Part shown: positions 63,160 to 64,000 of the stretch, piece after piece | Position numbering within the stretch: the stretch's first letter is position 1 | How the letters are laid out: each line of letters starts with the position of its first letter | Origin: Podarcis tiliguerta | Taxonomy: Eukaryota | Length of the DNA: 64,000 nucleotides | Strand: one strand, 5' to 3' | NCBI GenBank assembly: GCA_965153285.1 | Contig: OZ229121.1 | Program-made: the position numbers and the translations under genes | Notes under the pieces: generated by a model | Databases searched by the model: none | What the model saw: the letters and a program-made list of their open reading frames with translations, nothing else | Told to the model about the DNA's origin: nothing

Positions 63160-64000
63160 TGCTAAGCCCCGCCGCTCCCTCGATATATATATATATTTTA
63201 AGCCCCCAGAAACTAGAGAGTCACGAAAGGGACCCTCCCCGTGGCAACATTAACACACACACACGACTCACCGGTTCCTCACAGGGTCACTCGTCGCCGG
63301 CTTGCCGGTGCCTCCATCCATCCGCCCGGCGACGGCTGGGAGTAGTTATCCGCTGCCCCTTTCCCTCTTAAGGCGCCGCCGCTCCGCTTCCCCGCTCCTC
63401 TCCTCGTCCCTCCCCCGAGAAGCCCGCGAGGGGCAGCGGGCCCAGAAGCGGCCGTTCAACTCCCTCTTTCCCCCTCAGAGGTACGGAAAGGCGCCCCCCG
63501 CTAGAGACCCGAGCCGGGTGGCAGTAAGAGAGGGGTGCGCGTGCGCGAGGGCAAGCACTGGCAAGCCCCCCCCCCCCGCCTTTCTCTCGGCTCGCGCGCC
63601 GTTCTCAACCCCCTTTGTTCGGCTTCGGCGGCGGAACTCTCCCGAAAAGCTTCTCCTTCCGTCCGGCTGCTGCACCGCGTCTCGCAGGGCCCTTCAGAGA
63701 AGCCCCTTTCGCGCTGCAGACCTCGCGAGAGGCCCGCTCCCCTCACGGCCCCGGCGTCTCAAGCCCAGGCATCTCGTGGCAGCTGCGGCATCTCCACACG
63801 AAGAAGGAGGAGGAGGAGAAGGGAGAAAGCCGAGGCTGCTGCTGCTGCTGGTGGTGGTGCTGCTGCTCCTCCTCCTCCTCCGGCGGCCAACAACACAGCG
63901 GCGGCAACAAGCGGTCGGGCCTCCGACCCGGAACCTTATCGGCGCTCGGAGCCGCACGGGAAGCGGATCTGCTGCCGGCTCACGGGGGAGGGAAGCTGGG
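63160..64000. promoter_or_regulatory. CpG-island promoter of ANKIB1 (probably bidirectional with KRIT1 beyond the window)
   Basis: Sharp rise in GC and CpG content; ETS-like CCGGAA/GGAAG motifs near 63928-63966; ANKIB1 and KRIT1 are head-to-head in mammals. Confidence 0.75.
63272..64000 (-). other. ANKIB1: ANKIB1 non-coding exon 1 / 5' leader (5' boundary and TSS not determined)
   Basis: Strong donor CCG|GTGAGT (exon ends at 63272) at the edge of a CpG island upstream of exon 2. Confidence 0.65.

Overview
Eukaryotic genomic DNA from a squamate reptile, most likely a lacertid lizard (judged from Sauria and Squam3-type SINEs). The window holds a complete multi-exon ANKIB1 gene on the minus strand. 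It has a non-coding exon 1 in a CpG island at about 63.3-64 kb and 19 coding exons from 50086 down to 17519. All introns are GT-AG and phase-consistent, giving a 3282-nt CDS and 1093 aa (ankyrin, RING1-IBR-RING2, Ariadne, UIM). Convergent with it on the plus strand are the last five coding exons (6193-12751) of an intact Lifeguard/TMBIM-family gene, assigned to TMBIM7 by synteny. The rest is intronic or intergenic DNA rich in SINEs, LINE fragments (CR1, L2, L1-like), Tc1/mariner-, Tc2- and hAT-type MITEs, and microsatellites. There is one 156-N assembly gap. The most notable observations are: (1) a 754-bp solo LTR with a 5-bp TSD that is mostly filled by an intact 195-codon ORF followed by AATAAA; (2) Tc2-type MITEs whose cores have expanded into GC-rich palindromic minisatellites (99-bp and 129-bp units); (3) a candidate in-frame 18-nt ANKIB1 microexon and a candidate 19-nt poison microexon; (4) three uORFs in the ANKIB1 leader. 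Exon boundaries were read by hand. Repeat boundaries without a TSD are approximate, and repeat family names come from recognition, not a database search.
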